Made by a program: the position numbers and the translations under genes. Positions 14,313 to 26,854 of a DNA stretch of 47,607 bases are shown here, one piece after another (positions within the stretch are counted from its first letter, which is position 1; each line of letters starts with the position of its first letter). Under the pieces are notes generated by a model. The model searched no databases, was not told the DNA's origin, and saw only the letters and a list, made by a program, of their open reading frames with translations. The stretch is from Bigelowiella natans CCMP2755 (Eukaryota > Protista > Cercozoa): the NCBI GenBank assembly GCA_000320545.1, contig ADNK01001330.1, forward strand, positions 1 through 47,607, written 5' to 3'.

Positions 14313-15385
14313 TCTCTAGATCTGTGTCAAATCAGCTGGCTAGCTGGTAGTTGTGCGTCAAGTGAGATGTGCTGTGCGTGGGCCGTCATTCCATTGACTA
14401 CGCCAGTGCGCGCGTGTCGCGATGTGTCACTCCCGCTAGACCACACACGCGCCCGCACTTTGACACTAGCGCTTGCTACAGACTAGCTTGCTCGGCAAAA
14501 ATCATGTGCATCGCTTTTCACTCGCTTTCTAGCCTTTTCATGCTGCGCGTCCATCACCTAGTGGTCGTGCATGATGCCGCCGCTTGTGGGCCATGCCCCA
14601 CACTTCACTTCCCAGCCATCGGCGGTCACAGTGGCAAAAAATTGCGAAAATGCGCAACGTGAAAATTTGCCTGCTGACGACCCACCTGGCTAGCTAGCCA
14701 CTGTGTGCACAAGCAACACGCCTCAAGCGGGTGAGCTGGACGCTCCTCAACCGGCCAGGAGGCAATCAAGAGAAGGCCAGAAGGGCCAACGGCGCAACAA
14801 CAAACAGGCTAGCAGGCGCCGACGAAGAACGATTGTTGAGGCCTTTTTGCAACAATGTGAAGTTCAGTGTTCAGTGTTCAGTGTTCAGTGTTCAAGGTTG
14901 AAAAGGTTCTGTGATGTCAGGGGCGCAGCACAGTGTGAAACCAGCAAACGTGCATGCGTTCTGTCGCGTGCTGAAAAGCTGACATTTGAAAGTTGATCAC
15001 GAGCGCTATTTCGTCCGAATGAACAAGGTGTGCGTTGCGTAGCGGATGTGCGACACATTCTAGGCCTTGTCGCATGATGGATCAGGGTCAGCGTTAGGGT
15101 TAGACGCACGGGCTCAATGTTGTCGAATGAGGCTCCACTGAATTTGTTCTTTTCTTTCTCGGTTCCGAGCAGAACATGCAGTCCATTGTCGCCCTGCGAC
15201 AATGAACATTGAACAGCATTGATGCAAAATCTAGGACATTGCACTAAATGGCGCAGCCTCCAATTGAAAGCTCCCTAAAAAAAAGAAGTGACACTCTCCG
15301 CTCTGGCGATGCCTGCTATTGTGCTAGTTGCCGTGCTTGGTTTGACAGCTGGACAAGATGTTGAATGTGGGACAGTGACGAACAA
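14313..15385. other. TpA-depleted (putatively A-to-G hypermutated) tract 1
   Basis: Hand count of about 23 TpA: 13 in CTAG, 10 in CTA- or -TAG half-sites, none in other contexts. Confidence 0.8.
14862..14894. repeat. 7-mer tandem repeat (GTTCAGT), about 4.5 copies
   Basis: gttcagtgttcagtgttcagtgttcagtgttca. Confidence 0.9.
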
Positions 15386-18300
15386 TGTAATTGCACAAGT
15401 AGCAATCACTTGACAACTTGACAAAACAAAATTTTGAAAACAATTGGAATTCCATCGAACTTTTGTCCATTGATTAACATCATTACATTCATGCCAATTT
15501 TTCAAACTGGACTTGATTGAATGTTTCTCGTCATCATGCTACATTTGAATGGTTAAAAGTTAAAAGCGTTTCATTTATTTCAGAAAGAATCGTCGGTTAA
15601 AAATGCCAACGTGGAAAATTGGCACAGATTACTTCCACAACATTCCTCTCTGCTGTCCTTCCAGTCACCTTTCTTGCCCTACACAATGAACAGTGTGCAC
15701 ACTCTTGCCGATGATGATGACGATATTGTCATCACTCCCTTTCCCACATATTTTCCAAGTTGGAGTCCAACATACGGACCATCCAAGACTCCTTCGAACT
15801 CTCCAAGTTGGATTCCAACGTACGGACCATCTAGGACTCCCTCGAGCTCCCCTAGTCCAGTTCCTACAATCTCCCCATCAGCTTCTCCATCAATCCCAAC
15901 GTTGACCCCAACTAACGAACTGACTAAGACTCTTTCAGCCTCACCCTTACCGCTAATTACGTCTGCGCCAACATTTCGCAGCTCCATTCCAACCCAGTTT
16001 CCCTCAACTTCACCAACACGATTTCTGTTGGGACCACTTGACATGCCTCCGTCACTTGAAATTCTCATCACGGAGAGCCGAATATCAGAAACCAGAACAC
16101 TAAAAATTGCGGCGCTGTCTACGGCGAGGAGAGCATTAAGGACTCCAACTGATGAGGACCTCCAATATAATTGGTTTGCATACAGGATTTCATCCGACCC
16201 GGAAATCAATGATGTAGAAATATCAGCACAAACGAAAACCCCCCTAAATTTGGTTTCGAATATATCTGAGCCCACAATCTCCATTGCAGCTAGAAGTCTT
16301 GGTCCTGGCATTTTTGACTTCTCTGTAACAGTGACAGACATGAATACAGAACTCGCCAGCACGGTAGATAGAATAGATACAGTGTCTGATGCTTCATTTC
16401 TCCCTTGGATTGTTTGAGTTGAGATAACAGATAAATTTCTTAATTTTGCAGGGATCGGCTACTGTCAGAGTGATAGGGGCACCCGTAATCAGTAGCCTTA
16501 CAGTTGCTCCTGTGAATGGAGTCGCTTTTGAAACAATTTTTAATGCTACTGTTGTTGCCTCTGGATCCGAACCCCTTCTTCATCAATTTGCTACCCAGGA
16601 ACTAATTTTAAGTAGTTTTTTGTCCTTCTCAAGGCTATCTATTCCCCTCCCAGAAGGAAACACAGTTATCACAGTGACAACTAGGGACATGGTGGGGGGC
16701 GAAACTTCGACCGAGTCCAATTTGATTGTGGTCGCACCTCCACTAGAATCAGGAGTTCTGATTGATCCTGAACTTGATGCAGAGCAAGAGCTTGTGGCTG
16801 CATGCGAGGAAATCGTTCGGATAAATTTGGCACTGTTATCCCTTTTCAATGCTATCTCGAGGAACGAGATTTGGGACTGGGAGAGACTAGATTTTGCTGG
16901 AACTCCGAATTTCTTACAGGCGAATCTTGATGCTCTTAACGCTGACAACCGTTTCGAAAGTGAATTGTATGCCGCAAGGGTAAGCCTAAACACAATAGAA
17001 AGGATTCCAACAAGCGTAAGAAAGCTTTCCGAATGCAGTCTAGTCAATTCAACTTTGACACAGCCGACTGGAGCTCCTCCTATTCCGCAAGAGGTATACC
17101 AAAACATTTTGATGAACTCATTTTCCGAGTTTTCTCAGCTACTCTGGAGCATCATAAACTTATCCTTCCGACGAGCGATAACATCAGACCCCGGAATTAA
17201 TGGTACCAGAACAGAGATTATCCTCCAGGTAAATCTACATATGCAAATTGCCAACCTCCCAACTATGAAAATGTTACTGTTACATATTGTAGGATGTCGA
17301 GACAATCATCATGTCCAATCACAGCAATATCACGGACACAGATGTAGGAGATTATGTGCAGATTCTTAACAGGACGATCGCGCAAACAATTCCAATACTC
17401 TTCGTTGACACTGAACTTGGGAATGTATGTATTTATCTTCTCACGGAGCTTCATGACTCACGATTCAACATTTTACAGGATACCGGAGGCGTCCTTAGCA
17501 ACCTTGTTCATGTTGCAAATGGATTGACATCTGTACAGCTGAATGGTTGTGACGGATTAGATTATGCCATTGATCTCTTGGATAATGTATGCGCTTTTTC
17601 TCCAAAGAAACGTTCGACAATATAATGTATTTTTCTAAATCATATCATTAGTTTCTAGCTCTCACAGGGAATAATCTTGTTCCTCGAGATTCTCCGTTCC
17701 TCATTGTAAATGATATCCTTCGAGCGAGTTCCCGGAGAGTGTTCGCTGACGGCATACATTTTGCTGCAACATCAGAGGAAGTGAACGTGAGTATTTCACG
17801 AGAAATATCGAATATAGAGTCCAGAGACACCGCTGTAATGGCTATAAATTCTATCTTGCTCGACCTTAGAAACTGCCGCCCTCCCCCAGATTTTGCCACG
17901 CTTACTACAAATGTCGCATCAATTAATGTATTTATATCTCAAAATGATAGCGACTCAGAACTTGAGCCTGGCAAATATAACATCAGCATCAGATTCAATA
18001 TAGATGGGAATCGTTACAATGAAAATGCTGTTTTTTCTTGCCAATTCTGGGATCCAATTCTCTCAGCTTTTAGTGACGAAGGCTGCATTACAAAATTAAC
18101 ACCCAACGGCTCTATTGTATGCGTTTGTAATCACTTAACGCAGTTTGCATTGTTGGAACTTGATTCTGAATCTAGAAGCTCTTCAGAGGAAATCTCTTAT
18201 TTCTTTGTTGGAGCTGCAGGAGTTTATGGGGCAATATTCTTTTATTTGCTGTTTACTATGCACAAGGCGCTTGGAACGAAAGATAAAACAGTTTCTGATA

Positions 18301-19391
18301 AGGCAAAGCTCTCATTTCTTCTGTTACAGTCCCTTTTTAGCGTGCCGATTTGCCTACTTTTGTCCAATGAAATACCAAAGTTTAGAGTACGCGAACTAGA
18401 TCCTGGGTATCTTTTGTTTTTTTTTGCTGTTCCTCATACTCTGGTATGGGGCACATATACTATTACATTATATCAATGGAAGATGATAAATAGTTGCATT
18501 CAAACAAACCAGTTAAAAATTAACATGTTCTCCAAAAATTATTGGACAGTATGTCTTGTAATGTCATTGGTAGTCGCCACCATCTGGACAAGTTTTGCTT
18601 TCTACTTTTATGTTCGAAATTCAACGACAAGACTTATCGGGCCTCTTGCTTTGGCTGTGGTTACATTTCTGTTTGCTTCTGGAGTTATCTGGGTGGGAAA
18701 GGGTACCCTACGCCTGCTGTCCATGGTACGATCTCGCAACAACAAAAGAGATCTTGAATTGCTAGAATGGAATCGCACTGTAGGAATTTTCATCTACATT
18801 CTTTCTTTGCTTCTAGTATTACAGAGCGCTATGCTTGTCGTTTTCCTTGTTTTGAAAACGACTGTTGAAGGAACTTTTGTAGGGCTCATGGCTTTTTATT
18901 TGGCGGATGTCATAATGATAATCCTACAAATTGATTTCTTACGAGGTTTACGTTGGTTGAGCTTCCTCTCCAACATCTCATCTTCTTTACTCCACTCCAC
19001 AACCGCCAGATCTTCCAAACATACCTCAGCAGCAGCATCGTCTGGAGCAAGAAAAACAGCTAAAACTAAAGAACACAATCGCATTCCTCTCGTTCACCTT
19101 AACACAGGACGAAACTATGAACAGAAACTTGTTCATGGCCCAAATGAGACAAACATTTCATTCGCGAATAAAACATGTACAGTGGCAGTGGCACAGGGAA
19201 ATTGTACAAGCAATGTCAGCAGCGACAATAATATCGAAAATAGAGATAAAAGATCGATGGCAGCTGCTGGAAGCCCCACGCTCAGCATTCGGTATCAACA
19301 CTCTACACGACTATTTAATTCTTCACGTTCGTCTACCCCTTTTGATAAGCGTCCATCTACCCATTTTGGTCACCCAGTGTTTGTTGATTGA
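15309..19391 (+). CDS. Adhesion-GPCR/polycystin-like receptor: signal peptide, Pro/Ser/Thr stalk, REJ/PKD-like region, GPS motif, 7 transmembrane helices
   Basis: Signal-like MPAIVLVAVLGLTAG at 15309; PTYGPSKTPS repeats; VAPVNGVAFETIF...PLLHQF (REJ-type); GPS CQFWDPILSAFSDEGC...CVCNHLTQFALL; seven hydrophobic segments in ORF 17739-19391. GT-AG introns link the ORFs. The 5' exon join is uncertain. Confidence 0.8.
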
Positions 19392-19434
19392 AGTAATGAT
19401 CTTGTATGATGCGCATGAATAGATGTACGATAGA

Positions 19435-19630
19435 TGTTCGAATCATGCATTGATGACATGGAGCATTCAGCATTGCTAGATTGGCAACTTGCATTGCGCT
19501 GCGGTCTCCTGGTTTCAGTGTCGTTGCAGACCGAATTTTCATGCACGCTAGCATGGTGAATTTTCAGCAATTGCAATGTGAACTATTGGAGCAAGCTGAG
19601 TTGACGCCCTGCTAGCCTGCTCAAATTTTC
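19435..19630. other. TpA-depleted tract 2
   Basis: Only CTAG x3 and CTAT within about 195 bp; rich in TG/CA. Confidence 0.55.
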
Positions 19631-19645
19631 TACACATATGAGTTT

Positions 19646-19685
19646 CGATTTTCGGCTGCGATTGCCGATTTTCGGCTGCGATTGC
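19646..19685. repeat. 20-bp direct tandem duplication CGATTTTCGGCTGCGATTGC x2
   Basis: Directly visible, just past the edge of TpA-depleted tract 2. Confidence 0.9.
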
Positions 19686-20079
19686 AAGTGCTACAACTAA
19701 AAATTGTGGTAACGGAACAGCGACGCAGTCCCATATTTACTACACTAGGCTAGCAGGGCATAGCATGTGTTATGCATGACGACTTTCAGCATGCATGCTG
19801 CAGTGAATGCTATGGACTGCATATAATCATGCATCGATCAGTATGATATTACGTGTCTATAATCAGTATTACAGATATGCATTGCTAGATAGTCTAGGGC
19901 AACATCGCATCTGCGAGCTAGCATGCGCCCCTAGGTCGAGAAAGCTTCATCTACGCTAGTACGTATGCACATCGTGATCTAACTAATCCTGTATCAGACA
20001 TGCTAGCATGCATCTGAATCGAATCTGGACATTAAACGATTGAGTCATAAGAGCGTGTATGACGTAACGCATAGTCAAT

Positions 20080-21805
20080 TTAAACTTTCGTCTTACACTT
20101 CGCCAATGCATTCCAATATACCTCAGCTTTTGGGTTGAGACGGATAGCCTTTTGAAAGTACGAGGCGGGGTTTCTTGAAACGATATCCTTGAGACGATCT
20201 TCAAGATCCTGTAAATGACCTCCCTTTTTCTGAATTTTCCCAGCTACAACACCTACAATAGAAGATAAAATATGAGGGAGCATTAATGATTATGATATTG
20301 TTCATTATGCACCGAGTTGATAGTAGATAGCCCCTATGGTAGGGCACAGCATCCTTTCCCTGTCTAGATTTTCCACAGCCTGTGCATAGGCTTTGCGACG
20401 AAAATGGACGGCGAAGAGATTCAAAGATGCAAGGGACAGATCTTGCAAACCTTTCATGGAAATAACCGCGAATTATTCACATCGATAACTTTAAAGGTAA
20501 CGATGGTAATAACGATGACGATAACAAAAACTAAGGTTATTCATGTTCATACCCATATTTTGTGCGGACGCCACCGAAGTTGCGCTATCTTGCTGCCCGT
20601 AGTCGTAGCAAAAGCCATCGTCGTCAAGGGATGTCACCCCTGCCGCTGCTGCCGCATATTTCTGCGATGCCCTCAGATCAAAAGCAGTCTTGAATGCTAC
20701 AAGAGCCTCGTCGAATTTTCGCGTTTTCCGTAGAAATAACCCGTGCAAAAAGTGCGCAGCTGGGCTGCGGGGGGTTAGGAAGCATGCCCTTGCAGCTCTC
20801 TGTGTGCCCGCAACGTACCTAATAATAGCAATGGCAGTCGTAGCATAGTGTTGATGATGGGAAAGAAAGAAGAAAGAAGAAGTGTGGAGTGACAGAGATG
20901 ACGTGTGAAAGTACTGGACTACTACATAGTTCTCTATCTTTATCGCTAAGCGTGTCGTCCCCCTCACCCCTCCCCCCCCTTACCTTCTTGTGAAAAAGGC
21001 CATCGTCGCGAGCCGCAGCTGTATCCTTGCCTCTGCAAATACATCTCCTCCCCTTCCTCCTCTTCCCTTTGCATCGTCGCCGGTAGCGTCACCCGCGTGG
21101 GAGGTGGGCTGCAGCACCGTCAGAGCAGCCTCGAGGCACTTCTCAGCTGCTTCCAGCGCACCTGCGGCACTGTAGACGAGACTCAATTCTTCCCATACAT
21201 GGATGTCGCTTGGTAATTTTCTAATCGCTTGGTGATAGCATGCAAGAGCTTCCTTCGCTATCACCCATGATGATGTCGCAGACGATGATGCTGGAGTGCC
21301 CTCTCCCATTCCCTCTTCTTCTTCTTCCTTTTCTCCCCCAGGCCCCTGCGTCGAAGAACCCCTCCCCCCCCCGCCGTGCAAGAGATGTAGATGCGCCTCT
21401 TCCAGCAATGAAAGGGCCTCCAACGTATTCGCACCCCCCCTGGCCTTTGCTGCCACTGCCTCAGGTATTCTCGCTTTGAGGTGATGGAGATGCTCACGAG
21501 CCTGAGTATAATCCCCTGCAAGAAGACAGCAGCGACAAGCGAGGGCACGTAGGGTCAGTAAGCTGATCTCGGTCGTACAAGGTAAGTGTTTCTGGGTAAG
21601 GAAACGCGCTGCCTGGAGGAGTCTGCTTCTTGACCCATGACGCAAAGCCCGGAGGGCCACGCCATAAAAGACTCCTTCCCATGCATCACGCCGTGTCTGA
21701 AGAAGAGGAAAAAGAAGAAGAAGAAGATGATGATCATGAGATGGTGAGATAATGGTGACAATGTTGGTGGTTGAGGTGATGGGGATGGTGGCGGGGGCAA
21801 ATATA

Positions 21806-21841
<36 letters not shown>

Positions 21842-23939
21842 TGTGTGTGTGTGTTATTGAGTGTGAGCGAGTAGTCGCCGTTGTCACGTAGATACGATAT
21901 CAAAACGATGTGTTGTTGTCTGCTAGTAGGGATTGAGCTACTGCAAATGTATAGATGCATGTATGTATGTATGTATGTATGTATGTATGCATGTTGGGGG
22001 CCTGCTGCCAACATCGATCTCCAGGACTTATCATGCATACGAGGAATATATATTTGTATATAACAAAGTCGCGTAGTAGTAGTAGTAGTCGTAGTAGTCG
22101 TCCACTATAATCATTACTCCTCCGCTATTACTGCTACTACCGGGTCATCGACAACAGCACTGCACGCCACCCTAACCCCCATAGAAGAGTTTGCGAGGCC
22201 GCCCCCCCCCTCAATACATGCTCGTGCCCTCAGCCTCCGCCGCGTCAGTCTTGCTTGACAGCGTTGTCTGCACGCGAATTCATCACCCTGCCCATAACCC
22301 TCCCTGCTTGATGATGATGATGATGATGATGTGGGCGCTGTTAGCGCCTCGACAAGTCGCTGCTTTCCCGCACTAAAACTACTACGACTACTACTACTAC
22401 TACTACTACTACTACTGCTGCTGCTGCTACTGCCATTACTACTACTTCTACTACTAGTAGTAGTAGAAGTATTGTCCACACCCTGCTTACTATGAGACCC
22501 GTTGGCAGCTAGCAATGTTGCGAGAGTATTCCAATGGGCCAGAGCCGTTGGTTGCATATGAAGCAGCTTCGTCACAAGACGCTGCGCCTTCAGCATGTTG
22601 TCGTTGGCCAGTGAGAGCCACAGCGAGCAGGTGTGCGCTGAAGCGAATGGCGGCCCCTCGCTCTCTCGCATTTCGCCGATCATCTCTTCCAGCAAAGCTG
22701 CGACGTCTCCTTTCCCCTTCTCAACTGACCGTGGTGCATCCAGGGACCCCCTGGCTCGTAGCGCGTGTTGGAGAAGAAGGGCAAACGTGTGCACACAGGC
22801 GGAGGTGTAGACCGAGGGGGGGAGGACTGCCTTCTGCTCTCGGAACTGAACGGCGGGAACAAATGAGGAACAACAGGGAGAGAGAGTTGCAGCACCAGTG
22901 GAAATGCAAGCAGCGCGTGTGCGTGTGCGTGTGCGTGTGCGAGTGCGAGTGCGAGTGCGAGTGCGTGTGCGTGGAGCTTTCTACAAATTGATACACGTCG
23001 TATGTTAAATGCTACGCTATATCCCTTTCATCATGCATTCCACACCCAACCCAACCAACCTCACCTTCATCGCCTCTGCCAGCGCTGCTTTCCAGTTGTT
23101 GCTGTAAAGATGTGCAATGGAGAGCAGCCTACGGTCTAGGGACCACCACACCGACGATGGTAATGACGATGACTCCTCGCAATTTCCTTCTTGTTTTCGC
23201 TCAAGAAGCAGCTGTCGGTATTTCAGCAGGTCCTCACACGCTTTTACGGCAGCGGAGGCAGCACTAGCATGATCTCCATCACTAGTAGCAGCATCCCCAT
23301 TGCACCCAGAACATGCCCTGAAAGAGTGAGAGTACTTGGTTATATAGATTGATGCAAACTCTTCGTTCACGGATGAAAGATTTATTAGCAAGTGCATGCA
23401 TGTAGCAGCGAACGCTGCTTTCACAGAAAGAGCAGCAATCGGCACTTGTTGTTGTTCTTCCTTTCCTTCTTCTTACCGAAGGGCGTTGAGTGCCTTGAGC
23501 CTGAAAATGATCTCTCGAATCGCAGTCCCACGCACTTCTTCCTCTCCCTTCTTGCCACACAACACACCCTCGGCCTTGTTTAGCAAATCCAAGATCTGTG
23601 ATGTCTTCGCTGCTCCAGCCTCCCTCGTCCTCGTCTTCTTATCTCTATCTTCGAGCATCAGAAGCACCCTTGCGAGATTGCAAGCAGCCATGGCGCGCTC
23701 ACTACTTCCGTAGTACTGCTGTGTCTTTGCAGTCGCTGCTGCTGCTGCTGGCGTTGTTCCGCCCATGCTATCGATACCGGCCAGCTCCTGTGCACGCTCA
23801 AAGCACGCTTTCGCAGCTGTGAGATTGTTTGACAGCTCGCAGCAACATCCGAGAAGAACCTCGGCACCGGGGTCGAAAGGTGAGAGCTCCAGCCGTTTGC
23901 TCGCCGCTCTTACCGCAGATATCAGAAAACCGCCAGGGC

Positions 23940-23970
<31 letters not shown>

Positions 23971-25094
23971 GCTGCTGCTGGTGCTGCTGGTGCTACTAGA
24001 AGACCACGAATTCGTCGCCGTCGTTGCTGCTGCCGATATAGCTGCGATTGTAGATGTGATCGCGGGCTTGGAACTCGTGGTGTGGTGATGAAGGGCACAC
24101 AGCCGGTGCATGCAGTACGATGTCAGGGCCTCCCCAAGCCATGCAGACGCAGATGCCAACTTGCCTGAAGTAAGAAGGGGGGGGGGGGGGGGGGGCCACC
24201 ATATGTTCAAGCGTGTTAGCGCTCCATGAGTGGTAAGGATGATGATGCATGTCGTTGTTCTCAGAGTATTATACGATAACAGACCGGCTTCTGTGGCCAT
24301 CTCTCTGGCCTGTTTGAATGCTGCGTGTGCTAGGGACAGGCTGTCCAGTCGCTCTTCTCCTCGCATATTCTCAGGCATCAACTGCAGATTCGCAAGGCCT
24401 TGCGCCAGCCACAACTCCTGTTTGTCAGGCTCCAAAGATTGCCCGCGCACCAGCGCTAATCGAGCCAAACTAGCGCATTGCTGCTGCCGCCATTGATGCT
24501 GCGAGTCTCCTCCACCACCACCACTGCCACCTTCTTCCTTTGGGATTTGATGATGAGTACCAGTGCTGCTGTTACTGCTATGCTGGAGGTAGATCAAGGC
24601 CAAATTGACCCAAGCGACTCCTAATTGTTGGCATAATGTTAGAGAGAAGGCAAGGAGAAGGAGGAGGAATAGGAAAAACTGCGAGAAGAGACAAGTGAAT
24701 GGAGATCAGGAAAGGAAAGGAAGCCATCATTAGCTTACGACTAACTTCCAAAGGTGTTTTGGAGCAGTGATAAGGCTTGTCAAGAGACAAAGATTATAAA
24801 TACTCTTGCCAGATGACCATTGTTATGATGCCTCCATCCCCCTCCCCTCCCCCCCGCCCTTGTCCTCCTTCTTTCCATGTTACCACCTTTGCTCGGGTTA
24901 GCTTGTATCGCCTTGGAGAGGTAGTGCTGCCTCATTGCAGTGAAATATTCGTGGCTTTCAAGCTTTGCAAAGCCATCTTCTTCTTCGCGGCGACAGCACA
25001 CCATCATTGCTAACTGCCATGCCGTTTCCTCCTGCTGGCGGCTCTTTCTGGTATCCGTGAGAACGGTCTTGAGGTGTCCAAGTGCAGCTGAAAG

Positions 25095-25130
<36 letters not shown>

Positions 25131-26385
25131 CTGTTGTTTGAGTATTCGCGAAGCTCTGATGTGGAGCATCGCTGCATCCAACAGCAACATATTCAAGTGC
25201 TGCTTACCGAAGCTGCTATTTCTGGCGTCATCGCCGTCATCGTCTTCGCCGCCACGCCTATAAGCTGTCCGTGCGTCCTTGTTGATTGCGAGTGCCTTCT
25301 CCACGTACTGCAGCGGAGAGAACGATTTTGACGGTGACGAGTGCGCCAGCGACGACTGGAGCGATAGGATATCGACTTTCAGCTTTGCTAGCCGGATGCT
25401 GGTAGTTAGTCGGGAGGGGGGGGGAAGGAGGGAGATGGAAGTGGTGATCATTAACTAACAGCAATATATTTGGACAGCCAATAGGTACATTATGTCGCTA
25501 CTAGGCTCAACGAGAGTTGCCCCCCCCCCCTCTCCTCCCTCTCCTTTCCTTAAATAATACTTCACCTCGTGGCTGCCTCGGGCCCACTGCACATGTCCTC
25601 CAGCGTTTGCAACCCTTCCGTCAGCATCCCCCCCGCCGCAATGTATGCGCCCTCAGATGCGAGGTGCTCCGCACGTATTAACAGGGCCTGCGACAGAAGC
25701 TGTCCCACGCACACACCAAACCTGCGACGACGAAGAGATATAGAACAATATAATCACCGCTATTACATGAAGAAGAAGAAGAAGATGATGATGAGAAGGA
25801 TGATAAGGTATGGGCAATAGAGAAGGCAGTGGGAATGTTGGGTAGAATCAAGGATGATGCGTACGTGGAGAAGGCAGTGGAGGATGCTGGTTAGTGTCAA
25901 GGATGCATACCACTTCATCCTCTCGAGCTGCTGCTTCTCTTCCTCCTTCATCTTTCCGTCCTCGCCCCTCCTCCTCTTCTCCTTGAAATCAGCAGCCAGC
26001 AACTTGAGCGACGTTACTGCTTCCGTCATCAGCCCCATGCGCATGTGGACATCGCTCAGTTGATACAAACGGACAGCAGTCGAGAAGGAGAGGGGGGAGG
26101 ATGAGAAAGAGGAGGAGAGCAATTCGATCCCTCCTCTCCCTCTTCCCCCTCCTCCACCTTTCTTTTCCTCTCCGTCCTGCTTCTTTTCATCGTGAGCGCC
26201 GCCGCTGCTCAGGGTGATTGCGCGTGTGAAGGCTTTTGCTGCGGCGGTTAGTTTCCCTGGGTCGTGGGCGACATGGAATAAAAAGATACATGATATTAAC
26301 GTGGTTGACAGAAGCAGCGTGACAAAGGGTGTGTAATAGCACACAACTCTATTATCCGACTATTTTCCTTTCCATTTCCCCATCC

Positions 26386-26431
<46 letters not shown>

Positions 26432-26816
26432 TCTCTCTCTTCACACGCACACACACAAACAGACGCACACGCACCTTGAGTTGAGTACACATGTCCAATT
26501 TCTTCCCAAGCCTGTGCATCGCTCGGGTCGCATCGTAAGGCGCTCTGGAGGCAAGAAGCAGCAACATGAAGTTGACTGGTCCCCCCCTGTTCTCCACCAG
26601 GGAGCTGCTGCTGGTGCTTCCTCATGAGGACCCGGGCCCTTAGTAGCCAAGCCCACTTTGCTGTAGGGTCGGAATCGGTAGCGCGAGTGAGCATTTCCTT
26701 CAACAGCGTGTACTGACCAGACTTTAAATAAATATGAGCTAGTGCCTCCCCTGCCTCCCTGTTGCCTGGGAACAGGCCCAACGCCTTCTGGAAGCATCTG
26801 TATTGGTAGATCACGT

Positions 26817-26854
<38 letters not shown>

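Noticed and set aside
15740-15900. Spaced repeats resembling a CRISPR-like array
   Set aside because: They are coding Pro/Ser/Thr stalk repeats of the receptor.
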